The translations under genes and the position numbers were made by a program. A stretch of DNA of 64,000 bases from Pyrinomonadaceae bacterium (GTDB lineage Bacteria; Acidobacteriota; Blastocatellia; Pyrinomonadales; Pyrinomonadaceae): assembly GCA_049273695.1 (NCBI GenBank), contig JBASRE010000013.1:14109-78108 (forward strand), read 5' to 3'. Positions 1 through 7,225 of this stretch are shown in pieces. Under the pieces are notes generated by a model, which had not been told where the DNA came from, did not search any database, and was given only the letters and a program-made list of their open reading frames with translations. Position 1 is the stretch's first letter, and every line of letters starts with the position of its first letter.

Positions 1-444
1 AAGGATGACGAGTTCGCGCACCAGCGTCTGCAAGCGCGTCTGGATGCGCCTTCGCTCGGCGATGCATTCTTCGCCCTGCTTCGCCGGCAGGGATTCGATG
101 CACCGGCTACCGGTGAGCAACAGGGTGAAGACGAACGACGCAGCAGTCGCGGACGCCGCGTGCGAGCGATCATTGAGATCCTGACGCACCCGGAAAAGCT
201 CTACAAGGAATATCAATTGGCCGAAGGGCTGCTCGAACACGACGAACACTTCGCGCTGTGGCGTTCACATCACATCAAGATGGTTGAGCGTATGGTCGGG
301 ACGAAGAAAGGCACCGGCGGCTCTGAAGGTGTTGGATATTTGAAGACTACGCTCGACCACAAATTCTTTCCCGAGCTGTGGGAGGCGAGGACGTATCTCA
401 GCACACAGCACGGCGACACGGGATGCCCGTTCGCTAAAACCTGA
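1..444 (+). CDS. kynA: tryptophan 2,3-dioxygenase, C-terminal part (5' end outside window)
   Basis: Frame 1 is open from nt 1 to TGA 442-444. The translation contains HFALWRSHHIKMVERMVGTKKGTGGSEGVGYLKTTLDHKFFPELW, the conserved C-terminal block of bacterial TDO. Confidence 0.75.
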   Translation, partial: KDDEFAHQRLQARLDAPSLGDAFFALLRRQGFDAPATGEQQGEDERRSSRGRRVRAIIEILTHPEKLYKEYQLAEGLLEHDEHFALWRSHHIKMVERMVGTKKGTGGSEGVGYLKTTLDHKFFPELWEARTYLSTQHGDTGCPFAKT

Positions 445-500
445 ATCGTCGAACAACGACGTGCCGCCGTGTTAGAATCTTTCCAAAGGAGCGGTTGAAA

Positions 501-695
501 ATGTCCAGTAACATTCAATATATAACCGATGCCAATGGCGAGAAGACCGCGGTAATACTCCCGATCGACGAGTACCGAGAGTGGCTTGAAGACCAGCATT
601 TAATCAAAGTCGCGGACGAAACGAAGAACGAACCAACTCGTCCTTTGGCTGAGGTGCTCGACGAGCTTCGGCGTGCTGGTGAGATCGATGTATGA
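501..695 (+). CDS. type II antitoxin (Phd/YefM- or RelB-like)
   Basis: ATG 501 is preceded by AAGGAG (486-491). The 64-aa acidic product is MSSNIQYITDANGEKTAVILPIDEYREWLEDQ... Its stop overlaps the downstream RelE/ParE start by 8 nt. Confidence 0.6.
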   Translation: MSSNIQYITDANGEKTAVILPIDEYREWLEDQHLIKVADETKNEPTRPLAEVLDELRRAGEIDV

Positions 696-942
696 AGTCG
701 TTATTACTCCGCACGCAGAACGCGAGGTCAAACGTCTCGATCGACAAACAAGAAACCGAATACTCTCCGCGATGATACAGCTGGCCGACAATCCTCGTCC
801 GGCGGGATGTCTGAAAGTAAAAGACCGAGACCGCCTCTGGCGGATCCGTGTGGGCGACTGGCGGATTGGCTATGAGATCGACGATGGAAAAAGCGTCGTT
901 CGAGTGATCACTGTCGGTCACCGCCGGGAATTTTACGATTAG
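688..942 (+). CDS. RelE/ParE family toxin
   Basis: ATG 688 (the track start at 673 is GTG). MYEVVITPHAEREVKRLDRQTRNRI...WRIRVGDWRIGYEIDD...VRVITVGHRREFY fits the RelE/ParE plasmid-stabilisation toxin pattern. Confidence 0.75.
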   Translation: MYEVVITPHAEREVKRLDRQTRNRILSAMIQLADNPRPAGCLKVKDRDRLWRIRVGDWRIGYEIDDGKSVVRVITVGHRREFYD

Positions 943-944
943 TG

Positions 945-2534
945 ATGCCTGTCGAATTCCCTGAACGCTTCAACATGGCCGATTACTTCCTCTATCACAA
1001 TCTGGAGGAAGGTCGCGAAAACAAGGTCTGTCTCTACTTCAAAGATCAAACTTACACGTACGGCGAGGCCGCGCGGATGTCGAATCGCACGGGCAACGCG
1101 CTCCGTGAACTCGGCGTTGAGATGGAAGATCGCGTGCTCATCGTCCTGCCGGACTGTCCGGAATTTGCCTGGACCTGGTTTGGCGCAGCGCGCATTGGCG
1201 CCGTCATCACGATGGTTAATCCGCTGCTGCCGGCGGACGACTATCGTTACTATCTCGAGTACACGCGCGCGCGGGTGGCGGTGGTGCATCAGTCTCTGGC
1301 GCAACCGTTTGTCGAGGCGGTCTCAAGCCCGAACCATCTGCGTTCCGTAATGGTCGTTGACGACGGAGCCGCGATGGAAGAGCAACTGGTGGATCCGCAC
1401 GGCCGCGTTAAATACGTTCCGTTCGCCGAAACTGTCGAGTCCCAACCCGTCGCTTGCCGCGCGGCCGACACTCATCGCGACGACATCGCTATCTGGCTGT
1501 TCACGTCGGGTTCGACTGGTCATCCGAAAGGCGCAGTGCACCTGCAACATGACCTGCCGTACAACACTGAGGTCTTTGCGAAGCGCGCGATGGGAGTGAA
1601 CGAAAACGATCTCACGGTGTCCGTGCCGAAACTCTTTTTCGGATACGCGACGGGAACGAACCTGCTGTTTCCGTTCGCCGTCGGCGGTGCGACCGCTTTA
1701 TTCGCCGAACGTTCGACGCCGGAAAAATTGTTTGAAGTGATCGAACGCTATCGGCCCACCATCCTGACGACCGTGCCGACGATGATCAATGGAATGCTCA
1801 ACGCTGACGATGCCGCGTCGCACGACGTTTCGAGCATACGGTTCTGTTACTCGGCCGGTGAGGCTTTGCCGGTCGAGCTTTATCATCGTTGGAAGCAAAC
1901 CTTTGGCGTTGAGATTTGCGACGGCATCGGATCAGCCGAGATGTTTCACATCTACATCACGAATCGACCCGATGATGTGAAGCCCGGCAGCCTGGGCCGT
2001 GTCGTCGAAGGTTACGAAGCAAAGATCGTCGATGCTGACAGCAACGAAGTCTCGACCGGCGAAATGGGCACGCTGAAAATCAAAGGCGACTCAGCCTCGC
2101 TGTGTTACTGGAACGCGCATGAAAAATCGAAAGAGACGTTTGCCGGCGATTGGTGCACGACTGGTGATCAATTTCATATCGACGCGGACGGTTACTACTG
2201 GTATCACGGACGCACCGACGACATGCTCAAAGTCGGCGGCATCTTTGTCGCGCCTGCCGAGATTGAGAACTGTCTGTTGCAACACGCCGCCGTGCTTGAA
2301 TGCGCGGTCATCGGCCATGAAGATGAAGGCGGATTGGTGAAACCAAAAGCGTTCGTGGTCGCGCGTGAGGGTCATGACGCAAACGATGCTCTGATAGATG
2401 ACATCAAGCAGTTCGCCAAGACGAATCTTGCGCTGTACAAGTATCCTCGCTGGGTCGAATTCGTGCCGTCACTTCCCAAGAATGACCGCGGAAAGATTGA
2501 TCGCAAGCTGCTAAAATCTCGACCTGAAGCCTGA
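945..2534 (+). CDS. aryl-CoA ligase, benzoate/4-hydroxybenzoate/2-aminobenzoate-CoA ligase family
   Basis: GTG 942 / ATG 945. AMP-binding motif FTSGSTGHPKG. The N-terminus FNMADYFL...YTYGE...LGV..EDRVL is colinear with benzoate-CoA ligase family proteins. Confidence 0.85.
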   Translation: MPVEFPERFNMADYFLYHNLEEGRENKVCLYFKDQTYTYGEAARMSNRTGNALRELGVEMEDRVLIVLPDCPEFAWTWFGAARIGAVITMVNPLLPADDYRYYLEYTRARVAVVHQSLAQPFVEAVSSPNHLRSVMVVDDGAAMEEQLVDPHGRVKYVPFAETVESQPVACRAADTHRDDIAIWLFTSGSTGHPKGAVHLQHDLPYNTEVFAKRAMGVNENDLTVSVPKLFFGYATGTNLLFPFAVGGATALFAERSTPEKLFEVIERYRPTILTTVPTMINGMLNADDAASHDVSSIRFCYSAGEALPVELYHRWKQTFGVEICDGIGSAEMFHIYITNRPDDVKPGSLGRVVEGYEAKIVDADSNEVSTGEMGTLKIKGDSASLCYWNAHEKSKETFAGDWCTTGDQFHIDADGYYWYHGRTDDMLKVGGIFVAPAEIENCLLQHAAVLECAVIGHEDEGGLVKPKAFVVAREGHDANDALIDDIKQFAKTNLALYKYPRWVEFVPSLPKNDRGKIDRKLLKSRPEA

Positions 2535-2546
2535 CGCTTGTTCTGT

Positions 2547-2734
2547 CATTCACACCGGGTTTCAGCCCGGTGATCCACAGCCGCCCAGGTAAAGGAACCG
2601 TTTCAACAGTTTCTCCAGGTGCAGACGCAACTGGATCATGATCAAGCTCTCGGTTAGTGGAGATGTGGAAACCGTTAAAACGGTTTCGCGATCTCTCCCC
2701 GCCAAAGATCACCGGGCTGAAGCCCGGTGAATGA
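2547..2734. repeat. MITE-like structured repeat with hairpin termini (family shared with 48677-48824)
   Basis: The left end TCATTCACACCGGGTTTCAGCCCGGTG and right end CACCGGGCTGAAGCCCGGTGAATGA are inverted repeats. Each is itself a hairpin. There is an internal AACCGTTAAAACGGTT hairpin. Confidence 0.8.
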
Positions 2735-2952
2735 GAAACTTGGCACTCTCTGACTTTTGAGGCAAAGCCTATCCGACACGCAAAGTAGGAAATACCACCT
2801 CACCCCGGCCCCTCGCCCAGAGGGAGAGGGAGTACATGCTCGCCCCTCCTAATCACGAAAAACTCTCGAAATCCAGAAGATTTTTAGCGGAATTGCATAC
2901 CTACTAACCATTTCCTTCCGGTGAGGAGTCAAGCAGACTTTGCGGAGGGAAG

Positions 2953-3669
2953 ATGATCGTGCGAAACCTTTTACTACTAATCGCGGCCGCCGTTGTTTTT
3001 GCTATACCAGCCACCGCATCGGCGGACGTCATTACGTTCCAAGCCCCGGTGACGGCGCCGAATGCCGGTAACGGCGGACCCCGCCAGGTCGATTTGGATC
3101 ACCATCGCGCCTACACGTGGCGCATCGACAACATCAACCTGCCGCAAGGGCACACCCTCATGGGAGCGACGCTGACGTTCCACAACATCAGCAACTGGGA
3201 CACAAATCCCAACATGCTGTTCATGCACCTGCTCGACACAGCCCGCAACGCCGGCATCGCTTCGTTCACGGATGCGACCGGGACGCCCGTGCCGTCGTCG
3301 CAGATTCGAGATAACTTTGCTGGTTCACTGCTCGGCAGCAACCCTCTGGTGGCGCCGGGTACGGGAAACATTTTGCTCACGCAGCAATCGTTCACCACCA
3401 CGCCGCGCGATTTTGTCTACACGTTTACTGCGGACCAGCTAAACATTCTGAGCGTGTTCATCCTCAACGGCGGAAATCTCGCTTTGGGTTTGGATCCTGA
3501 TTGCCACTTCTGGAACAACGGCATCACCTTAACGCTGACCACCTGTCCACCGACGGCCACGCCTGAGCCGGCAACGATGGCGTTATTGGGAAGCGGATTG
3601 GCGGGACTGTACTACCGAAGACGCCGGCAGAAACGCAAAGCTGCTGCCGCGGCTGCGAGTCAGGTCTGA
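2953..3669 (+). CDS. PEP-CTERM sorting-domain protein
   Basis: Signal peptide MIVRNLLLLIAAAVVFAIPATASA. The C-terminus is PEPATMALLGSGLAGLYYRRRRQKRK, i.e. a PEP motif, a TM helix and an Arg-rich tail. Confidence 0.85.
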   Translation: MIVRNLLLLIAAAVVFAIPATASADVITFQAPVTAPNAGNGGPRQVDLDHHRAYTWRIDNINLPQGHTLMGATLTFHNISNWDTNPNMLFMHLLDTARNAGIASFTDATGTPVPSSQIRDNFAGSLLGSNPLVAPGTGNILLTQQSFTTTPRDFVYTFTADQLNILSVFILNGGNLALGLDPDCHFWNNGITLTLTTCPPTATPEPATMALLGSGLAGLYYRRRRQKRKAAAAAASQV

Positions 3670-3690
3670 AGATCGCTTTTGAAAAAACTG

Positions 3691-3732
3691 AAAGCCGCGG
3701 ATCCCAAACCGAGTCGGGATTCGCGGCTTTTT
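3691..3732. terminator. bidirectional intrinsic terminator hairpin (copy 1 of 2)
   Basis: AAAGCCGCGGATCCC-AAACCGAGTC-GGGATTCGCGGCTTTTT has an A-tract on one side and a T-tract on the other. It lies between convergent genes and is near-identical to 5645-5686. Confidence 0.75.
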
Positions 3733-3789
3733 CATTTCGACGGCAACCTCTGGCTAAAAAGACCTTCACCGATGAGAGGTACTTCAGTT

Positions 3790-4596
3790 TCAGTGCGCGC
3801 TGACCAGGATCACATCCCAAGCCCACCGACCCATCTGCGCGCCTCGGGTGTCCCGGACCTTCACGCGATAGCGGAACCAGTTTCCAAACTGATCCCGTCT
3901 TTTCGTTTCGTTGTAATCAAGATCGATTGCCGCTAACCCCAAATCCTCGAGGCTGTGAAGTTCCCCGGATTCGGAGACGCCGTTGTGGTTTTTGTCTTGC
4001 CACAGTTGCAGCCTGGAGAAGACAGCGTCTTGTCGATTAATTCTGCCGTCTTGGTTGCCGCCATTTCGTGCTTTATCGAATTCAGCCAACGCCAGGAACC
4101 CATTCTTTTCGACACCAGCCGGCGGATCGGGCTGCAGGGTCGAATTCCCAAACAACTCCCTGCCGTTGTCGATAGAGCCAGTGCCGTTGCGATCCAATAC
4201 CAACCATGCATCATCGGATTCCGGCGAGGTCCAAGAGAGGTGTTCGGGAGAGCCATCACTGTTAAGGTCGAAATCAACACCACCTGCGGCGTCGGTTAGA
4301 CTAAAACCGTTTCCAGTGACATCCACAAGTATCGGCGTGGGGTAATCGACGCAACCGCACAACTCAAAACTCCATTGTCCATTCTCGCAGAGCTCGGGAA
4401 GTAAGTTGCAGGGCTCGGGCGGCGGCGGTTGTTGCTCCTGACAAGTGCTGTTCGTGAAGTTCCAGTACCAACTGTTCGCGCTACATGTTTCTTCGTCTTC
4501 CGCTTCACTAGCGTGGCAGTAGTAATCAATCGGATTATTGATTCCAGCAGATTGGTAACTACAGCCGCTGGGCCCCCCGGGGGCCGCCAGATACAT
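3790..4596 (-). CDS. Cys-rich, calcium-binding (DxDxDG/RTX-adjacent type) domain protein; probably the 3' part of a disrupted gene
   Basis: [23 protein letters not shown]...[10 protein letters not shown]...[48 protein letters not shown] matches the Ca-binding block common in large secreted RTX/VCBS-type proteins. This ORF has no signal peptide of its own. Confidence 0.6.
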   Translation of the reverse strand: MYLAAPGGPSGCSYQSAGINNPIDYYCHASEAEDEETCSANSWYWNFTNSTCQEQQPPPPEPCNLLPELCENGQWSFELCGCVDYPTPILVDVTGNGFSLTDAAGGVDFDLNSDGSPEHLSWTSPESDDAWLVLDRNGTGSIDNGRELFGNSTLQPDPPAGVEKNGFLALAEFDKARNGGNQDGRINRQDAVFSRLQLWQDKNHNGVSESGELHSLEDLGLAAIDLDYNETKRRDQFGNWFRYRVKVRDTRGAQMGRWAWDVILVSAH

Positions 4597-4616
4597 AAGC
4601 GGGAGCGTGCGTTACT

Positions 4617-4931
4617 TCATTCCAGCGGTTCTTGTTGGAGCCTACCCAACCCCGGCGTGTCAAAACCTGGATAGCAAGCAACCTGGGGCGGATTGTTACA
4701 GGTACCGTCGGCACTAACCGGGAAGGCTGGCGTTTCATGCCCGTCCGTATAAAACAAATGCCACGTGTGCGTCTTTCCAAAGCCCTGCACGCTGCATTGC
4801 GTTCCGTAGAATGATACATTCGATGCGTTCGGCTGGGTTGGTTGGAACGAAGAGCCACAAGCAGCCAGTATTGTGACCGTCGCCGACGCACTCGCGGCGA
4901 CAAGAGATAGCGCAATAAAAGGTCTTTTCAT
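4617..4931 (-). CDS. secreted Cys-rich protein; probably the 5' part of the same disrupted gene
   Basis: Signal peptide MKRPFIALSLVAASASATVTILAAC. ATGA overlap with the upstream gene (4928-4931). Confidence 0.55.
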   Translation of the reverse strand: MKRPFIALSLVAASASATVTILAACGSSFQPTQPNASNVSFYGTQCSVQGFGKTHTWHLFYTDGHETPAFPVSADGTCNNPPQVACYPGFDTPGLGRLQQEPLE

Positions 4932-5437
4932 TTTTGCGGACCTCTTTTCTTCGTGTTGAAGTCCTTTAGCTCGCGCATGCTTTTTAGCGAAGAGTCACAG
5001 CCTTCTTCAGTGCCGTCAGCGAAAATTACGCCGCCGATTCGAATCGGCGCTTTCGGACTGAGATAGCCCAGAGTTATTGTCATTCTTTCACCAGGGGCAA
5101 TAACAATCTGGGGAGGTTGGTCTGGGGTAAATCCACTCGGAACGACAGAGTGCCTTTCCCGATTGGCTAGCTGCTCCACAGAGATTGAAACAACACCAAC
5201 ATAGGCTTCATTCTCTACTTCTAAAACCGCAACCTGCGAACCACCTCGATCAACCAATTCCGCCTTAATTAGCTTGATGTGTTCCGTGCAATTTTTGATT
5301 TTTGGCAGCTCTGTAAGGAAAGGACGTTTTGGAGCCTTCTCCTGAGAAGCACCGGTCGGAGGCCTTAGCAAAGCGAGCCAGCCGACTACACCTAGGCACA
5401 CTCCTACCGCAATACACCCCATAAATTTCTTAGTCAT
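4928..5437 (-). CDS. membrane-anchored hypothetical protein
   Basis: ATG 5437 is preceded by AAGGAG. There is one N-terminal TM helix (CIAVGVCLGVVGWLALL). It has a 4-nt overlap with the next ORF, so it is the first gene of the operon. Confidence 0.6.
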   Translation of the reverse strand: MTKKFMGCIAVGVCLGVVGWLALLRPPTGASQEKAPKRPFLTELPKIKNCTEHIKLIKAELVDRGGSQVAVLEVENEAYVGVVSISVEQLANRERHSVVPSGFTPDQPPQIVIAPGERMTITLGYLSPKAPIRIGGVIFADGTEEGCDSSLKSMRELKDFNTKKRGPQK

Positions 5438-5644
5438 GAATTTCTCCTTAGCTGAACCTAAGCTCGTCCTGGGAGGCTGACTACCGGAGACATCCAGTGA
5501 TGTGGGCGGGAGGGAGCCGTTAATGACCGCAACTATACGCCCACCATGACTCTTGTCAAGGGTCTTTAGCCGGCTTGCGCTGTTTGTTGCGAACTAAACT
5601 CGCGTGTTGCGTTAGGGTCCTGAAGGATCGCTCCTGGGAAAGCG

Positions 5645-5686
5645 AAAAGCCGCGATCCCAAACCGAGTCGGGATTCGCGGCTTTTT
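5645..5686. terminator. intrinsic terminator hairpin (copy 2 of 2)
   Basis: Same sequence as 3691-3732 except for one G. It lies downstream of the NtrC-type gene on the minus strand. Confidence 0.7.
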
Positions 5687-5693
5687 CGTTTAA

Positions 5694-5780
5694 GTCATGA
5701 GTGATGAGTCATGAGTGATGAGTGATCAGTCATGAGCAAAACAGAGCTTACTCATCACTCATGACTCATGACTCATCACT
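5694..5780. repeat. long hairpin whose arms are tandem degenerate heptamers (GTSATSA)n
   Basis: GTCATGA GTGATGA GTCATGA GTGATGA GTGATCA GTCATGA ... loop ... the complement units CTCATCA CTCATGA CTCATGA CTCATCA. It starts 6 nt after the ntrC-like stop. Confidence 0.8.
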
Positions 5781-5786
5781 TATTAT

Positions 5787-7205
5787 TTAGCGCAGCTTTC
5801 CTTCCAAATGATAATCGCGCAGACGTCGATACAGAGTTGAGGGCGAGATGCCGAGCAAAGCGGCCGTCTTTCCTCGATGCCAGCCTGTCTGCTCCAACGC
5901 ATTGATGATTTGCTGCTTCTCGACGTCGCGCAAAGCTGTCGGCGTTGAAACATCACCCCCATTGGCTGTGCCCATGACTGGCGAGGTAGCAAACGAGGCT
6001 ACGCCCATGTTGCGCCCGGCGACTTCCGGCGGCAATTCACTCACGCTGATGCGGCCATCGTTAGCGAGCAAGACGGCGCGCTCCAAACAATTTCGCAGCT
6101 GGCGAACGTTGCCCGGCCAACCGTAGTCACGCAGCTTTTCCACGACTTCCGGCTCGACCATAGGCGCGTTCGCTCCGGCAAGCTGTTTCAAGATGTGTTC
6201 AGTCAGCGGCGGAATGTCTTCCGTACGTTCACGCAAAGGCGCCAGGTGAATCTGAAAACTGTTGATGCGATAGAGCAGGTCGGCCCGAAACGTTCCGTCG
6301 TTTACTGCCGAATCCAAATTGCGGTTCGTCGCCGCCACGATGCGCACGTTGACTTCGACTTTGCGCACGCCGCCGACGCGGAAGAACGTGCGCGTTTCAA
6401 TCGCGCGGAGGAGCTTTGCCTGCAGATTCGCCGGCAACTCAGTCACTTCATCAAGGAACAGAGTGCCGCCGTCAGCCAGTTCAATCAGTCCAAGCTTGCG
6501 AGCTTTCGCGCCGGAGAATGCGCCCGCTTCGTAGCCGAACAGCTCGGATTCGAGCAGCGACTCTTGAAACGCGGCGCAGTTTAAATCGATGAATGCTCCG
6601 TTCGCTCGGTTCGACAGGCGGTGAATCGCCTGTGCGATCAATTCCTTGCCGGTGCCGGACTCGCCGGTAATCAGCACCGATGCATCAGACGGCGCGACAC
6701 GTTCAACCAGGCGAATCGCTTCGGCAATCGCTTTCGATTCGCCGATGATTTCGGGAATGGCGGTCTTGCGCTCAATTTGGGCCCGCAGTCTTTGGTTATC
6801 GACGCGCAGGTTCCGCTTCTCAGCCGCCTGGCGCACGCGCACATCGAGTTCGCTGATGCTGTAAGGCTTGGTCAGGTAATCGTATGCGCCTGTCCTCATC
6901 GCCTCGACCGCGGTTTCGATCGTGCCCTGGCCCGTGAGCATGATGACTTCGGGCGGATTGGGCCGTTCGTGAACGCGGCGCAGCAACTCCATGCCATCCA
7001 TGCGCGGCATGTTGATGTCGCACAGCAGCACATCGACATTGCTCTCTTCGAGTTTTCGCAAGGCCGCTTCGCCGTCAGGCGCAACGTGCACACGATAACC
7101 GAGCCGCTGCAGTTCTTTCTGCAACACCAGACGCAGGTTTGCCTCGTCTTCGGCTATCAGTAATCTTGCATTGCGTAATTCGTCCACAGCTTTCGACTCC
7201 CGCAC
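5787..7205 (-). CDS. sigma-54-dependent response regulator (NtrC family: REC + AAA+ + Fis-type HTH)
   Basis: REC domain (LLIAEDE...DVLLCDINMPRMDG), Walker A GESGTGKE, GAFSGA and ESELFGYE sigma-54 interaction motifs, C-terminal HTH AALLGISPSTLYRRL. Confidence 0.92.
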   Translation of the reverse strand: MRESKAVDELRNARLLIAEDEANLRLVLQKELQRLGYRVHVAPDGEAALRKLEESNVDVLLCDINMPRMDGMELLRRVHERPNPPEVIMLTGQGTIETAVEAMRTGAYDYLTKPYSISELDVRVRQAAEKRNLRVDNQRLRAQIERKTAIPEIIGESKAIAEAIRLVERVAPSDASVLITGESGTGKELIAQAIHRLSNRANGAFIDLNCAAFQESLLESELFGYEAGAFSGAKARKLGLIELADGGTLFLDEVTELPANLQAKLLRAIETRTFFRVGGVRKVEVNVRIVAATNRNLDSAVNDGTFRADLLYRINSFQIHLAPLRERTEDIPPLTEHILKQLAGANAPMVEPEVVEKLRDYGWPGNVRQLRNCLERAVLLANDGRISVSELPPEVAGRNMGVASFATSPVMGTANGGDVSTPTALRDVEKQQIINALEQTGWHRGKTAALLGISPSTLYRRLRDYHLEGKLR

Positions 7206-7225
7206 TGAATCGACGGCTGGCGCCG

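Noticed and set aside
2741-2757. TGGCAC-TCTCT-GACTTT upstream of the PEP-CTERM gene as a sigma-54 -24/-12 promoter
   Set aside because: The -24 element is perfect, but there is no GC dinucleotide at the -12 position (GACT instead of TTGC). It also lies about 200 nt from the ATG, so the evidence is insufficient.
3790-4931. Programmed ribosomal frameshifting as the explanation for the split Ca-binding gene
   Set aside because: Two separate shifts would be required, and I saw no slippery heptamer or downstream pseudoknot. Homopolymer indels, whether real or from assembly, are the simpler explanation.
6621-7163. 180-aa plus-strand ORF, and similar ORFs at 6195-6584 and 24133-24746
   Set aside because: They are antisense to the NtrC-type and rpoD genes, both of which are unambiguous. 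I treat them as shadow ORFs.
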